Shown: positions 53,348-64,000 of the stretch, piece after piece
Numbering within the stretch: the stretch's first letter is position 1
Layout of the letters: each line of letters starts with the position of its first letter
Assembly (NCBI GenBank): GCA_900757615.1
Contig: CAAEON010000054.1
Coordinates: forward strand, 13,219 to 77,218
Origin: an uncultured Collinsella sp.
GTDB taxonomy: Bacteria; Actinomycetota; Coriobacteriia; Coriobacteriales; Coriobacteriaceae
Length of the DNA stretch: 64,000 nucleotides
Direction of reading: 5' to 3'
The notes under the pieces: generated by a model
The model's input: only the letters and a program-made list of their open reading frames with translations
The model's database searches: none
What the model was told of the DNA's origin: nothing
Program-made: the position numbers and the translations under genes

Positions 53348-53393
53348 CCTTTCTCTCGGAAAACTTCGCGAAGCCCAGTTTCCGAGAGGAAGT
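53348..53393. repeat. inverted, diverged copy of the 48104-48149 hairpin repeat
   Basis: Sequence is cctttctctcggaaa-cttcgcgaagcccag-tttccgagaggaagt. The loop is the exact reverse complement of the loop at 48119-48134. Confidence 0.8.
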
Positions 53394-53425
53394 GTCCGGC
53401 TGCCGCCCCGGCCGACCAGGTCACA

Positions 53426-56740
<3,315 letters not shown>

Positions 56741-56838
56741 GTTTAAAACCTCCTAGAGAGGCTGACTCAATGTTTTGGAAAAGTCAGCGAGGGTGCAGCT
56801 GGTGCATCAGGTTGCCGTGATGCGAGGGCGCGCTGGGC

Positions 56839-58344
56839 TTATGCCCGCGCGTCCGAAGCAGAACGGCAAGATGATGTGCCAGATGCAGCCGCAGCGTCGA
56901 CCGGTCCGCCGTTCGGTAGAACGGCGGAACCATCGTCGGCGAAATTCCAGCCAGCCAGGCGGTCCTTCGCGGTGTCGATGTCCAGGTAGTTCTCCTCGCC
57001 GTCCATGAGTCGCGTAAAGGCGGTAAAGAGATAGTGGGCATCGGTGGGGCCGGGCGAAGCCTCGGGGTGGTACTGGACCGAGAAACACGGGGCGTCGAGC
57101 AGCTGGATGCCCTCGGCGGTGCCGTCGTTGAGGTTCACATGTGTCAGGCGAATGCGACCAAAGCGCTCGTTCATCACGACCGGCGCGACGCCGCGACGCA
57201 CCCAGGCGCGCAGGTCGCCATCGGCCGCATGCTCGGTTTCGCCGCCGGAAAGCTCCGGAATCAGTTTGCCCAGACTGGGGAACAGCAGGCCAAAGCCGTG
57301 GTTTTGCGCGGTGATCTCCACGCGACGGCTCACCAGATTCATAACCGGCTGGTTACCGCCACGGTGACCGAATTTAAGCTTTTCCATTTGGGCGCCGCAG
57401 GCCAAGCTGATCATCTGGTGACCCAGGCAAATACCAAAGACCGGCACCTTGCCGATCAGCTGCTGCACCTGCTCGTAGGTCTCCACCACGGCATCGGGGT
57501 CGCCGGGGCCGTTGGACAAAAAGACGCCATCGGGATTCATGCCGAGCACCTCACTCGCGGGCGTATCCCACGGCACGACGGTGAGGTCGCAGCCGGCACG
57601 GACCAGGCCCTCCAGAATACCGCGCTTCACACCGCAGTCGTAGGCGACCACTTTGTGACGGGCAGGAGCGGCAGCCACAAGCGCAAAGCCATGCGTGGCA
57701 GGCAGGTCGGCGGCCACAAACTCGTGAGGCGCGGGACAGCTCACGGTCTTGACCAGGTTCTCGCCCACCAGCGTGGGCGCTGCGGCCAGACGCTCGGCGA
57801 GCTCGTCGACGTCGAAGATCTCTGTCGAGATAATGCCCATCTTGGAACCATTGTCGCGCAGATGGCGCACCAGAGCGCGGGTGTCGACACCCTCGATAGC
57901 GACGATGCCGTGAGCGCGCAGGTACTCCGGCACGCTGACGGCCGAGCGCCAGTTAGAAGGCGTGGCGCACATGTCGCGAACGATCATGCCGCGCATAGCC
58001 GGAGCGCTCGCAGGGCGCACGGCGTCGCCGGGGAAGGCCGACTGGACATCGGTCTCGTCGATACCGTAATTGCCGATCTGCGGATAGGTCATGGTTACAA
58101 TTTGGCCGGCATAACTCGGGTCGGTCATGACCTCAAAGTAGCCCTCAAGCGAGGTGTTGAAGCAGACTTCGCCGGTCGCGGTGCCCTCGGCGCCGCATGC
58201 ACGTCCATAAAAAATGGTCCCATCCTCAAGATACAGGATACAGGGACCGCAGGTGCCCTTGCTGGTTTTGGCCAGCATACGCTGGCAAAGCTCGCTGGGC
58301 GCGAAGGTGCGGGCGGCAGCGCCCGCGGTATGGTTGTTCGCCAT
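56839..58344 (-). CDS. carA: carbamoyl-phosphate synthase small (glutaminase) subunit with terminal extensions
   Basis: Motifs LEDGTIFYG, PQIGNYG, GICLGHQ (catalytic Cys) and HPEASPGP. GGAAGGAG lies upstream of the ATG at 58344. Confidence 0.9.
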   Translation of the reverse strand: MANNHTAGAAARTFAPSELCQRMLAKTSKGTCGPCILYLEDGTIFYGRACGAEGTATGEVCFNTSLEGYFEVMTDPSYAGQIVTMTYPQIGNYGIDETDVQSAFPGDAVRPASAPAMRGMIVRDMCATPSNWRSAVSVPEYLRAHGIVAIEGVDTRALVRHLRDNGSKMGIISTEIFDVDELAERLAAAPTLVGENLVKTVSCPAPHEFVAADLPATHGFALVAAAPARHKVVAYDCGVKRGILEGLVRAGCDLTVVPWDTPASEVLGMNPDGVFLSNGPGDPDAVVETYEQVQQLIGKVPVFGICLGHQMISLACGAQMEKLKFGHRGGNQPVMNLVSRRVEITAQNHGFGLLFPSLGKLIPELSGGETEHAADGDLRAWVRRGVAPVVMNERFGRIRLTHVNLNDGTAEGIQLLDAPCFSVQYHPEASPGPTDAHYLFTAFTRLMDGEENYLDIDTAKDRLAGWNFADDGSAVLPNGGPVDAAAASGTSSCRSASDARA

Positions 58345-58496
58345 AATTCTCCTTCCCGGTCTCACAGGACCGGCTTAAAGGTGTGTAGTTAGGCCTCGCG
58401 GTATTGTAACCGCAAGCATGCCTCATGGCGTTAATTTCATCGAAATGTTTACGAAATGATAATTATGACTTTCTATGCATAATGATTTTTCTGGGA

Positions 58497-58544
58497 CGGG
58501 GATTAAAAATCATCCCGCGGGGCTTGTGGCTCACACGGGATGAT
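58497..58544 (-). terminator. rho-independent terminator after the 321-aa membrane-protein gene
   Basis: Stem atcatcccg / cgggatgat, followed on the minus strand by tttttaatcccc. Confidence 0.55.
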
Positions 58545-58550
58545 GGCGTC

Positions 58551-59516
58551 TTATTTTTTCTTGTCCTGTTCCAGCAGATCGGACGGCGTTCGGTCGGGCT
58601 TGCCGCCGCGGAAAATCTCGCGGCCATGCAGACGATGCTCCAGGTCACGTTCGGCCTTTTCCTCGTCAATCTTGGTCTGGCTCACCACCGGGTCCTCGAT
58701 CAGCGACGAAACCGAGTTCACCTGTTTTTGAATGCGCTCGGCAATGGTGTCGTCCATGCTCACGATATGCATCTTCCAGTCGATGTTCGTGGCAGTCGAT
58801 GAGCTCTTGGTCCACACAAACGTCAAAATGGCGCTCTGATGACCCCGCGCGGGAAACATGCCAAAGAAGGAATCGTGTTGAATGTTGCTATCCTCGTCGA
58901 TATAGGCATGCACGTTATACACCACGCGGTCGATCTTATCGTTGAGCAGCGCGTTGGTCGCAAGCGCCGCGGCCTGGATCTGACCATTGGACAGCAGTTC
59001 GAGCTCATTGGCAGACGACGTATCCAGCACCGTTACCTCGACCGTGCCCGTACGCTCATCGGCCTCATCGACAGAAAAATCGAGCGGAAACTGCGTAAAG
59101 CCGTTGCCCCACTCAAGGCCGCCCTTCAGCGCCGTCGAAACGGTATCCACCGAAACGCTCTCGGACAGGTTGGCGGTGTTCAGGCGTCGCATCACGCCGT
59201 AGCCAATCTGCATGCCCACAATCAGCACCAAGATGCCAATGACCACGGCCATGGCAGTCTTCGTAATGGTATGGCTCACCTGCGAGCCCGAAGGGTCGTC
59301 CTCGGACAGCGGGTCGATATGTTTTGCCTGGCTCGCGCGGTCCTCGCTGCGCAGCTGCGCTAGCGCCGCTTTGTCACCGCGCTTGGCCGCAGCCTCCTTC
59401 TCACGCATGCGCTCGGTTCGCTTTTTGGCAAGCGTGGGATCCAAGACACCGGATGCATCGATTTCGGAGAATAACTCCGTCACTTCTTCCGGAGTCAAAG
59501 GGTTCTTGTCAGCCAT
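58551..59516 (-). CDS. hypothetical single-pass membrane protein
   Basis: Charged N-terminal cytoplasmic region, a TM (AMAVVIGILVLIVGMQIGYGV), and an extracytoplasmic domain of about 200 aa. I recognise no family. Confidence 0.4.
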   Translation of the reverse strand: MADKNPLTPEEVTELFSEIDASGVLDPTLAKKRTERMREKEAAAKRGDKAALAQLRSEDRASQAKHIDPLSEDDPSGSQVSHTITKTAMAVVIGILVLIVGMQIGYGVMRRLNTANLSESVSVDTVSTALKGGLEWGNGFTQFPLDFSVDEADERTGTVEVTVLDTSSANELELLSNGQIQAAALATNALLNDKIDRVVYNVHAYIDEDSNIQHDSFFGMFPARGHQSAILTFVWTKSSSTATNIDWKMHIVSMDDTIAERIQKQVNSVSSLIEDPVVSQTKIDEEKAERDLEHRLHGREIFRGGKPDRTPSDLLEQDKKK

Positions 59517-59535
59517 AAACTTCCTGTCATATCAA

Positions 59536-61308
59536 TCAGTCGAGCTCGTGCGCACGCGCACCTTCGAACTGCATTCGATAGTAACGGGCATAAGTGCCGC
59601 CACGGGCGAGAAGCACCTCGTGCGTGCCACGCTCCACAACGCGACCATGCTCAACGGTCGCAATCTCATCGGCATGCTTAATGGTCGAAAGACGGTGGGC
59701 GATGATAATCGTGGTGCGGCCGCGTGCCAGCTCTTCGAGCGACTCCTGCACCGCCTCCTCGCTCTCGTTATCCAAAGCACTCGTCGCCTCGTCCAAAATC
59801 AGGATCTTGGGGTTCTTGAGAAACACTCGCGCGATGGCAACACGCTGCTTCTGTCCGCCCGAAAGACGGCTGCCGCGCTCGCCCACGACCGTGTCATAGC
59901 CCTGTGGAAGCGACTCGATAAAGGCATCGATGTTGGCGCGACGGGCGGCCTCGGCGATCTCTCCTGCCGTAGCACCCGGCTTGCCGTAGGCGATGTTCTC
60001 GCCAATCGTGCCGTCAAACAGATAGACATCCTGCTGCACCAGGCCGATGGCGCGACGCAGGCTCTGCTGCGTCACATCGCGCACGTCCTGGCCGTCGATG
60101 CTAATGGATCCGGCAGCCACGTCATAAAAGCGCGGCAGCAGCGAACAGGTCGTGGACTTGCCGCCGCCCGAAGGGCCAACCAAAGCGATGGTCTGCCCGG
60201 GCTTGATGGACAGATTCATATGGTCGATAACGGGACGCTCTTCGGCATCGCCCTCGCCCAGCTCAACGTCCTCGTAGTTAAAGCACACGTCGTGATACTC
60301 CACGGCGCCGGCAGTCACCTGCAGATCCGTAGCGCCCGGCTTGTCCTGGATATCCGGCGCGGTCGAGAGCACCTCGTCCATGCGCTTAAAGCCGGCGATG
60401 GCCTTCTGATACGTTTCGGCCGAATTGACGAGTGTCTCGAGCGGCGTGCAGAACAGCGAAATATAGAGTGCGAAGGTTGCCATATCGACCGCCTGCAGCT
60501 GACCCTGGGCAACGAGCCAACCACCCAGCAGCACCACGATCACGTACAGCACGCCCGAGAGCAGGCCATACGTCGCAGTATAGACGCCCATGGCGTGATA
60601 CATGTTCTCCTTGGACGAAAGGTAGCGATTGTTGGAGGCGCGGAACTTAGAGCGCTCGGTCTCCTCATTGGCAAAGCTCTTGACCACGCGCATGCCCGCC
60701 AGCGAATCCTGCAGCTGCGCATTGATGCCGCTGATTTTTTTGCGATTGTCGCTAAAGACCTCGCGCATGCGCATGTTCTGCCAAAACATGATGACCGCAA
60801 ACGCTGCTGTCACCACAGCCATGGCAAGCGCCAGCACCGGGGCGATGGTAAAGAGGATCACAAACGAGCCGATAATCTCGATGCCGCAGATGATGATCCA
60901 CTCGGGCACGTGATGCGCCGCCTCGCAGATATCGAACAGGTCGTTGACCACGCGGCTCATCATGTCGCCCGAGCTGTTACGGTCGAAGTACGCAAAGCTA
61001 AAGCGCTCGTACTGGTCAAACAGGTCCTCGCGCATCTTGGACTCCATGCGCGCGCCCATCACGTGGCCCCAGTAGCTCACAAAGTAGCGGCAGGCGCAAC
61101 GGATGATATACATCAGCACCAAACCCACCGCGATCATACCGAGCGCCTGCATAATGGCAGCCTGACCCTGGGTAAACAACCCGCCGGTCAGATTGCGCAG
61201 AATAATAGGAAACGCAAGGTCAATGGCAGCAAGCACCAGAGCGCAAACAGTATCGGCAACAAAAAGCCCCATCTGGGGCTCGTAATACGAGAGAAACCTT
61301 TTAAACAT
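59536..61308 (-). CDS. ABC exporter, fused permease-ATPase (MsbA/type-I exporter-like)
   Basis: Six-TM N-domain, then GPSGGGKST, LSGGQKQRVAIARV and ILILDEATSALD. The ATG at 61308 (MFKRFLSYYEP) was chosen; the upstream extension runs through a repeat. Confidence 0.85.
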   Translation of the reverse strand: MFKRFLSYYEPQMGLFVADTVCALVLAAIDLAFPIILRNLTGGLFTQGQAAIMQALGMIAVGLVLMYIIRCACRYFVSYWGHVMGARMESKMREDLFDQYERFSFAYFDRNSSGDMMSRVVNDLFDICEAAHHVPEWIIICGIEIIGSFVILFTIAPVLALAMAVVTAAFAVIMFWQNMRMREVFSDNRKKISGINAQLQDSLAGMRVVKSFANEETERSKFRASNNRYLSSKENMYHAMGVYTATYGLLSGVLYVIVVLLGGWLVAQGQLQAVDMATFALYISLFCTPLETLVNSAETYQKAIAGFKRMDEVLSTAPDIQDKPGATDLQVTAGAVEYHDVCFNYEDVELGEGDAEERPVIDHMNLSIKPGQTIALVGPSGGGKSTTCSLLPRFYDVAAGSISIDGQDVRDVTQQSLRRAIGLVQQDVYLFDGTIGENIAYGKPGATAGEIAEAARRANIDAFIESLPQGYDTVVGERGSRLSGGQKQRVAIARVFLKNPKILILDEATSALDNESEEAVQESLEELARGRTTIIIAHRLSTIKHADEIATVEHGRVVERGTHEVLLARGGTYARYYRMQFEGARAHELD

Positions 61309-61315
61309 AATCACC

Positions 61316-61357
61316 TTACGCGGTTTTACCAAACCGCGTTTCGTCTCGACGCTGCAA
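61316..61357. repeat. inverted copy of the 31425-31467 element, directly upstream of the ABC exporter start
   Basis: The reverse complement reads ttgcagcgtcgagacgaaacgcggtttggtaaaaccgcgtaa, compared with ttgcagcgtcgagccgttacgcggtttggtaaaaccgcgtaa at 31425-31466. Confidence 0.85.
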
Positions 61358-61492
61358 GTGCCCCATTTGGACAATCTGGCCTTCAATCGTCGGTCGCGTA
61401 TATCCATACGCTTCCCTCCTCTTTTAGGCCACCTTCTCTCAAATGGAGCACTTTCGCTGACTTATACAAACCTGCGGGATCATCCCCGCTCG

Positions 61493-62188
61493 TTACAGCT
61501 CAGAACCACTCAGGCGGTGCGCGATGCTATCACAGGCCAAGGCGCCTACGACGGTCTTGGCGTCTTCGATCTTGCCGTCGAGCACGGCGTCGATCAGCTC
61601 GTGCAGCGGCACCAGGTCAACGTTGACAAACTCGTCATCGTCGGGGTTGGGCGCATCAAACTCCAGCTTGGTAGCCAAGTAGATGTGAATGATCTCGTCG
61701 CAAAAACCGCAGGACGTGACAATCGACGTCAAAAAGCGAATGCGACCGGCCCTAAAGCCCGTCTCCTCGTGTAGCTCGCGCTTAGCGCAATCGAGTGGGT
61801 CCTCGCCCGGGTCGAGCTTGCCGGCGGGAATCTCGACCGTCACGCGGTCGATGGCGGTGCGGTACTGACGCACCAGTACGATCTTGCCGCTCTCGGTCAG
61901 CGCCACAACGGCCGCCGCACCCGGATGGCGAACGATATCGCGGGCGCTGCGGCGACCGTTGGGCAGCTCAACCTCAAGACGGTGGACGTCGAGGATCTTG
62001 CCCTTCCAGGCGCACTCCTCCGAAAGAATCTTCTCGTGCAGCTCGGCATCGTGTGGGTCGTCATCGCCCAGCACCAGCGCCGGCTCGTCAGCGACCTCGC
62101 CGCCAGGCTCGCCCTCGGCGTGCCCATACATGCGGCTGTCCTCTTCAACGATCTGCGCATCCACGAGCTCTTCGTTCTTCTCGTCCAT
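61493..62188 (-). CDS. NUDIX hydrolase (ADP-ribose pyrophosphatase-like)
   Basis: Nudix box GKLDPGEDPLDCAKRELHEETG. The start at 62188 is preferred on SD spacing; 62197 is also possible. Confidence 0.8.
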   Translation of the reverse strand: MDEKNEELVDAQIVEEDSRMYGHAEGEPGGEVADEPALVLGDDDPHDAELHEKILSEECAWKGKILDVHRLEVELPNGRRSARDIVRHPGAAAVVALTESGKIVLVRQYRTAIDRVTVEIPAGKLDPGEDPLDCAKRELHEETGFRAGRIRFLTSIVTSCGFCDEIIHIYLATKLEFDAPNPDDDEFVNVDLVPLHELIDAVLDGKIEDAKTVVGALACDSIAHRLSGSEL

Positions 62189-62209
62189 CCGTCTCATTCC
62201 TCTCGGATT

Positions 62210-63514
62210 TTAGGCATCCCAGGCGTCGCGGCCGCGCAGCGCGCGCAGGCCGATGTCGTGACGCAGGGTCTTACCCTCAAAATCAATCTTCTCGCAGGCC
62301 TCGTAGGCAAGGTTGCGAGCGTTCTCGAACGTGTCGCCCAGCGCGGTCACGGCGAGCACGCGGCCACCATTGGTCACGAGCTGGCCGTCCACCATGGCAG
62401 TGCCCGCGTGGTACACGGTCACGTTCTCCATGGCCTCGGCGTCGGCGATACCGGTGATGACCTTGCCCTTCTCGTAGCTGCCGGGATAGCCCGCGCTCGT
62501 CAGGACAACGGCCACAGCCCACTCGTCACGCCAGTCGAGCTCAATCTGATCGAGCTCGCAGTTGGCGCAGGCGAGCATGACCTCAACCAGGTCGTTCTTA
62601 AGGCGCGGCAGCACGACCTGCGTCTCGGGGTCGCCAAAGCGGGCATTGAACTCCAGCACCTTGGGGCCGGCAGGCGTGAGCATAAAGCCGCCATACAGGC
62701 AGCCGCGGTAGTCGATGCCCTCGGCAGCGAGCTCGGCCACGGTCTGCTCCATGACCTTCACCATGGTGGCGTGCTCCCCGTCGGTCACGATGGGCACCGG
62801 GCTGTAGACGCCCATGCCACCGGTGTTGGGGCCCTTGTCGCCCTCGAGCGCGCGCTTGTGGTCCTGCGAGGTGGCCATGGGGCGCACGGTCTTGCCGTCG
62901 GTAAAGGCAAGCAGCGAGCACTCGGGGCCGGTCAGCATCTCCTCGATAACCACGGTGTTGCCGGCATCGCCAAAGGTGCCGCCAAAGCACTCTCGCACGG
63001 CCTCCTCGGCCTGCTCAAGTTCGGTCGCCACGATAACGCCCTTGCCCGCGGCAAGGCCGTCGGCCTTGACGACCAGCGGGGCGCCCTGCTCGCGCACGTA
63101 GGCGAGAGCCGAAGCCTCGTCGGTAAACGAACCATAGGCTGCCGTCGGAATGCCCGCACGCTCCATGAGCTGCTTGGAGAACAGCTTGGAGCCCTCCATC
63201 TGGGCGCCCTCGGCACCCGGGCCAAAGCAGGGAATACCCGCCGCGCGCACGGCGTCGGCCACGCCCGCCACGAGCGGAGCCTCGGGGCCAATTACCACGA
63301 GTCCGCATCCGTGGCTCTGAGCAAACGCCGCCACGGCCGCAGGATCGCAGTCGTCGAGAACAACGTTCTCGCCGCAGCTCGCGGTGCCGCCGTTACCCGG
63401 CGCAATGTAGAGCTTGCCGGCGCGCGGTGATGCTGCGAGCTTTGCTGCCAAAGCATGCTCGCGGCCGCCGCTGCCCAACAACAGGATGTCGATGGTTTGA
63501 GTGTCCGCCTTCAA
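62210..63514 (-). CDS. purD: phosphoribosylamine--glycine ligase
   Basis: Motifs [29 protein letters not shown] and [11 protein letters not shown] start at 63514 has GAGGAGG 5 nt upstream. The longer ORF runs into purA. Confidence 0.9.
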   Translation of the reverse strand: MKADTQTIDILLLGSGGREHALAAKLAASPRAGKLYIAPGNGGTASCGENVVLDDCDPAAVAAFAQSHGCGLVVIGPEAPLVAGVADAVRAAGIPCFGPGAEGAQMEGSKLFSKQLMERAGIPTAAYGSFTDEASALAYVREQGAPLVVKADGLAAGKGVIVATELEQAEEAVRECFGGTFGDAGNTVVIEEMLTGPECSLLAFTDGKTVRPMATSQDHKRALEGDKGPNTGGMGVYSPVPIVTDGEHATMVKVMEQTVAELAAEGIDYRGCLYGGFMLTPAGPKVLEFNARFGDPETQVVLPRLKNDLVEVMLACANCELDQIELDWRDEWAVAVVLTSAGYPGSYEKGKVITGIADAEAMENVTVYHAGTAMVDGQLVTNGGRVLAVTALGDTFENARNLAYEACEKIDFEGKTLRHDIGLRALRGRDAWDA

Positions 63515-63632
63515 GGGTGCCTCCTCTATGGATGAATGGCCCGCTCCGCGCGAGCCCTTTGCAAGCAAATATACCCCTCGGCCGCCCACTTGGGCTGCAA
63601 AGGGGTATATCGCAATAACCAAATGGTCCCGA

Positions 63633-64000
63633 TTACTTCCAGAATCGGTTGATGATCTGCTCGCGACCAGCGCCAACGCCAATAAACGTCACGCGGGTGT
63701 GTGCCAGATCCTCGATAAACGCCACGTAGTCCTGGGCCTCCTGCGGCAGCTCGTCAAAGCTGCGGCAGCCGGTGATGTCGCACTTCCAGCCAGGGAGCTC
63801 CTCGTAGATGGGCTTGGCATTCTCAAAACGCATCTGGTGCTCGGGCACGCTCGTATAGCGCTCGCCATCGACGTCGTAGGCGACGCACACCTTAATGGTG
63901 TCAAAGGCCGAAAGCACGTCGAGCTTGGTCAGGGCGATATCGGTGAGGCCGTTGACGCGCGAGGCGTAGTTGGCGATGGGGCCGTCGAACCAGCCGCAGC
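63633..64000 (-). CDS. purA: adenylosuccinate synthetase, C-terminal part (continues beyond the window)
   Basis: ..KVCVAYDVDGERYTSVPEHQ...YEELPGWKCDITGCRSFDELPQEAQDYVAFIEDL...FIGVGAGREQ matches the PurA C-terminus. The frame is open to nt 64000. Confidence 0.85.
   Translation of the reverse strand, partial: CGWFDGPIANYASRVNGLTDIALTKLDVLSAFDTIKVCVAYDVDGERYTSVPEHQMRFENAKPIYEELPGWKCDITGCRSFDELPQEAQDYVAFIEDLAHTRVTFIGVGAGREQIINRFWK

Overview
This is a 64-kb chromosomal segment from a high-GC Gram-positive bacterium. Sampled lines are about 65-70 % GC. Gene content (sortase substrates, many LuxR regulators, an ECF module) suggests Coriobacteriia, but that is inference only. I support about 50 protein genes and one tRNA.

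The backbone is housekeeping:
- coaX, a BirA-like ligase, a folP-folK fusion, cobB and xthA
- glmU-prs-pth and nfnAB-like genes
- purF-purM-purN, purE, purD and a purA fragment
- carAB, an amino-acid ABC transporter and an ECF A-A'-T energizing module

Accessory modules are interspersed among these:
1. An AT-rich island edge (sampled lines about 42-43 % GC) that abuts the 3' end of an initiator-like tRNA-Met and carries a C45/Ntn-hydrolase-like gene.
2. A single AAA+/DUF4143-type ATPase gene wedged between coaX and the BirA-like gene, flanked by three copies of a 41-43 bp hairpin repeat.
3. A LuxR / MFS-amidohydrolase-MFS locus.
4. An LAATG-anchored beta-helix-like surface protein with a divergent membrane-bound LuxR regulator.
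5. A sortase B-like gene next to a roughly 2,137-aa GH31 surface enzyme ending in IPNTG.
6. A MarR / Man-family PTS / GntR(HutC) block.

I found no CRISPR array, rRNA, integrase, transposase or recognisable canonical defence system.

The most unusual signal is non-coding. Almost every intergenic gap carries long hairpins or palindromes that fall into a few dispersed repeat families, several sharing a GGGGACAG core. Inverted copies of these bracket two of the accessory modules.

All functional calls come from reading the translations; no database search was possible. Start codons were chosen by SD spacing and are less certain than the gene calls themselves.
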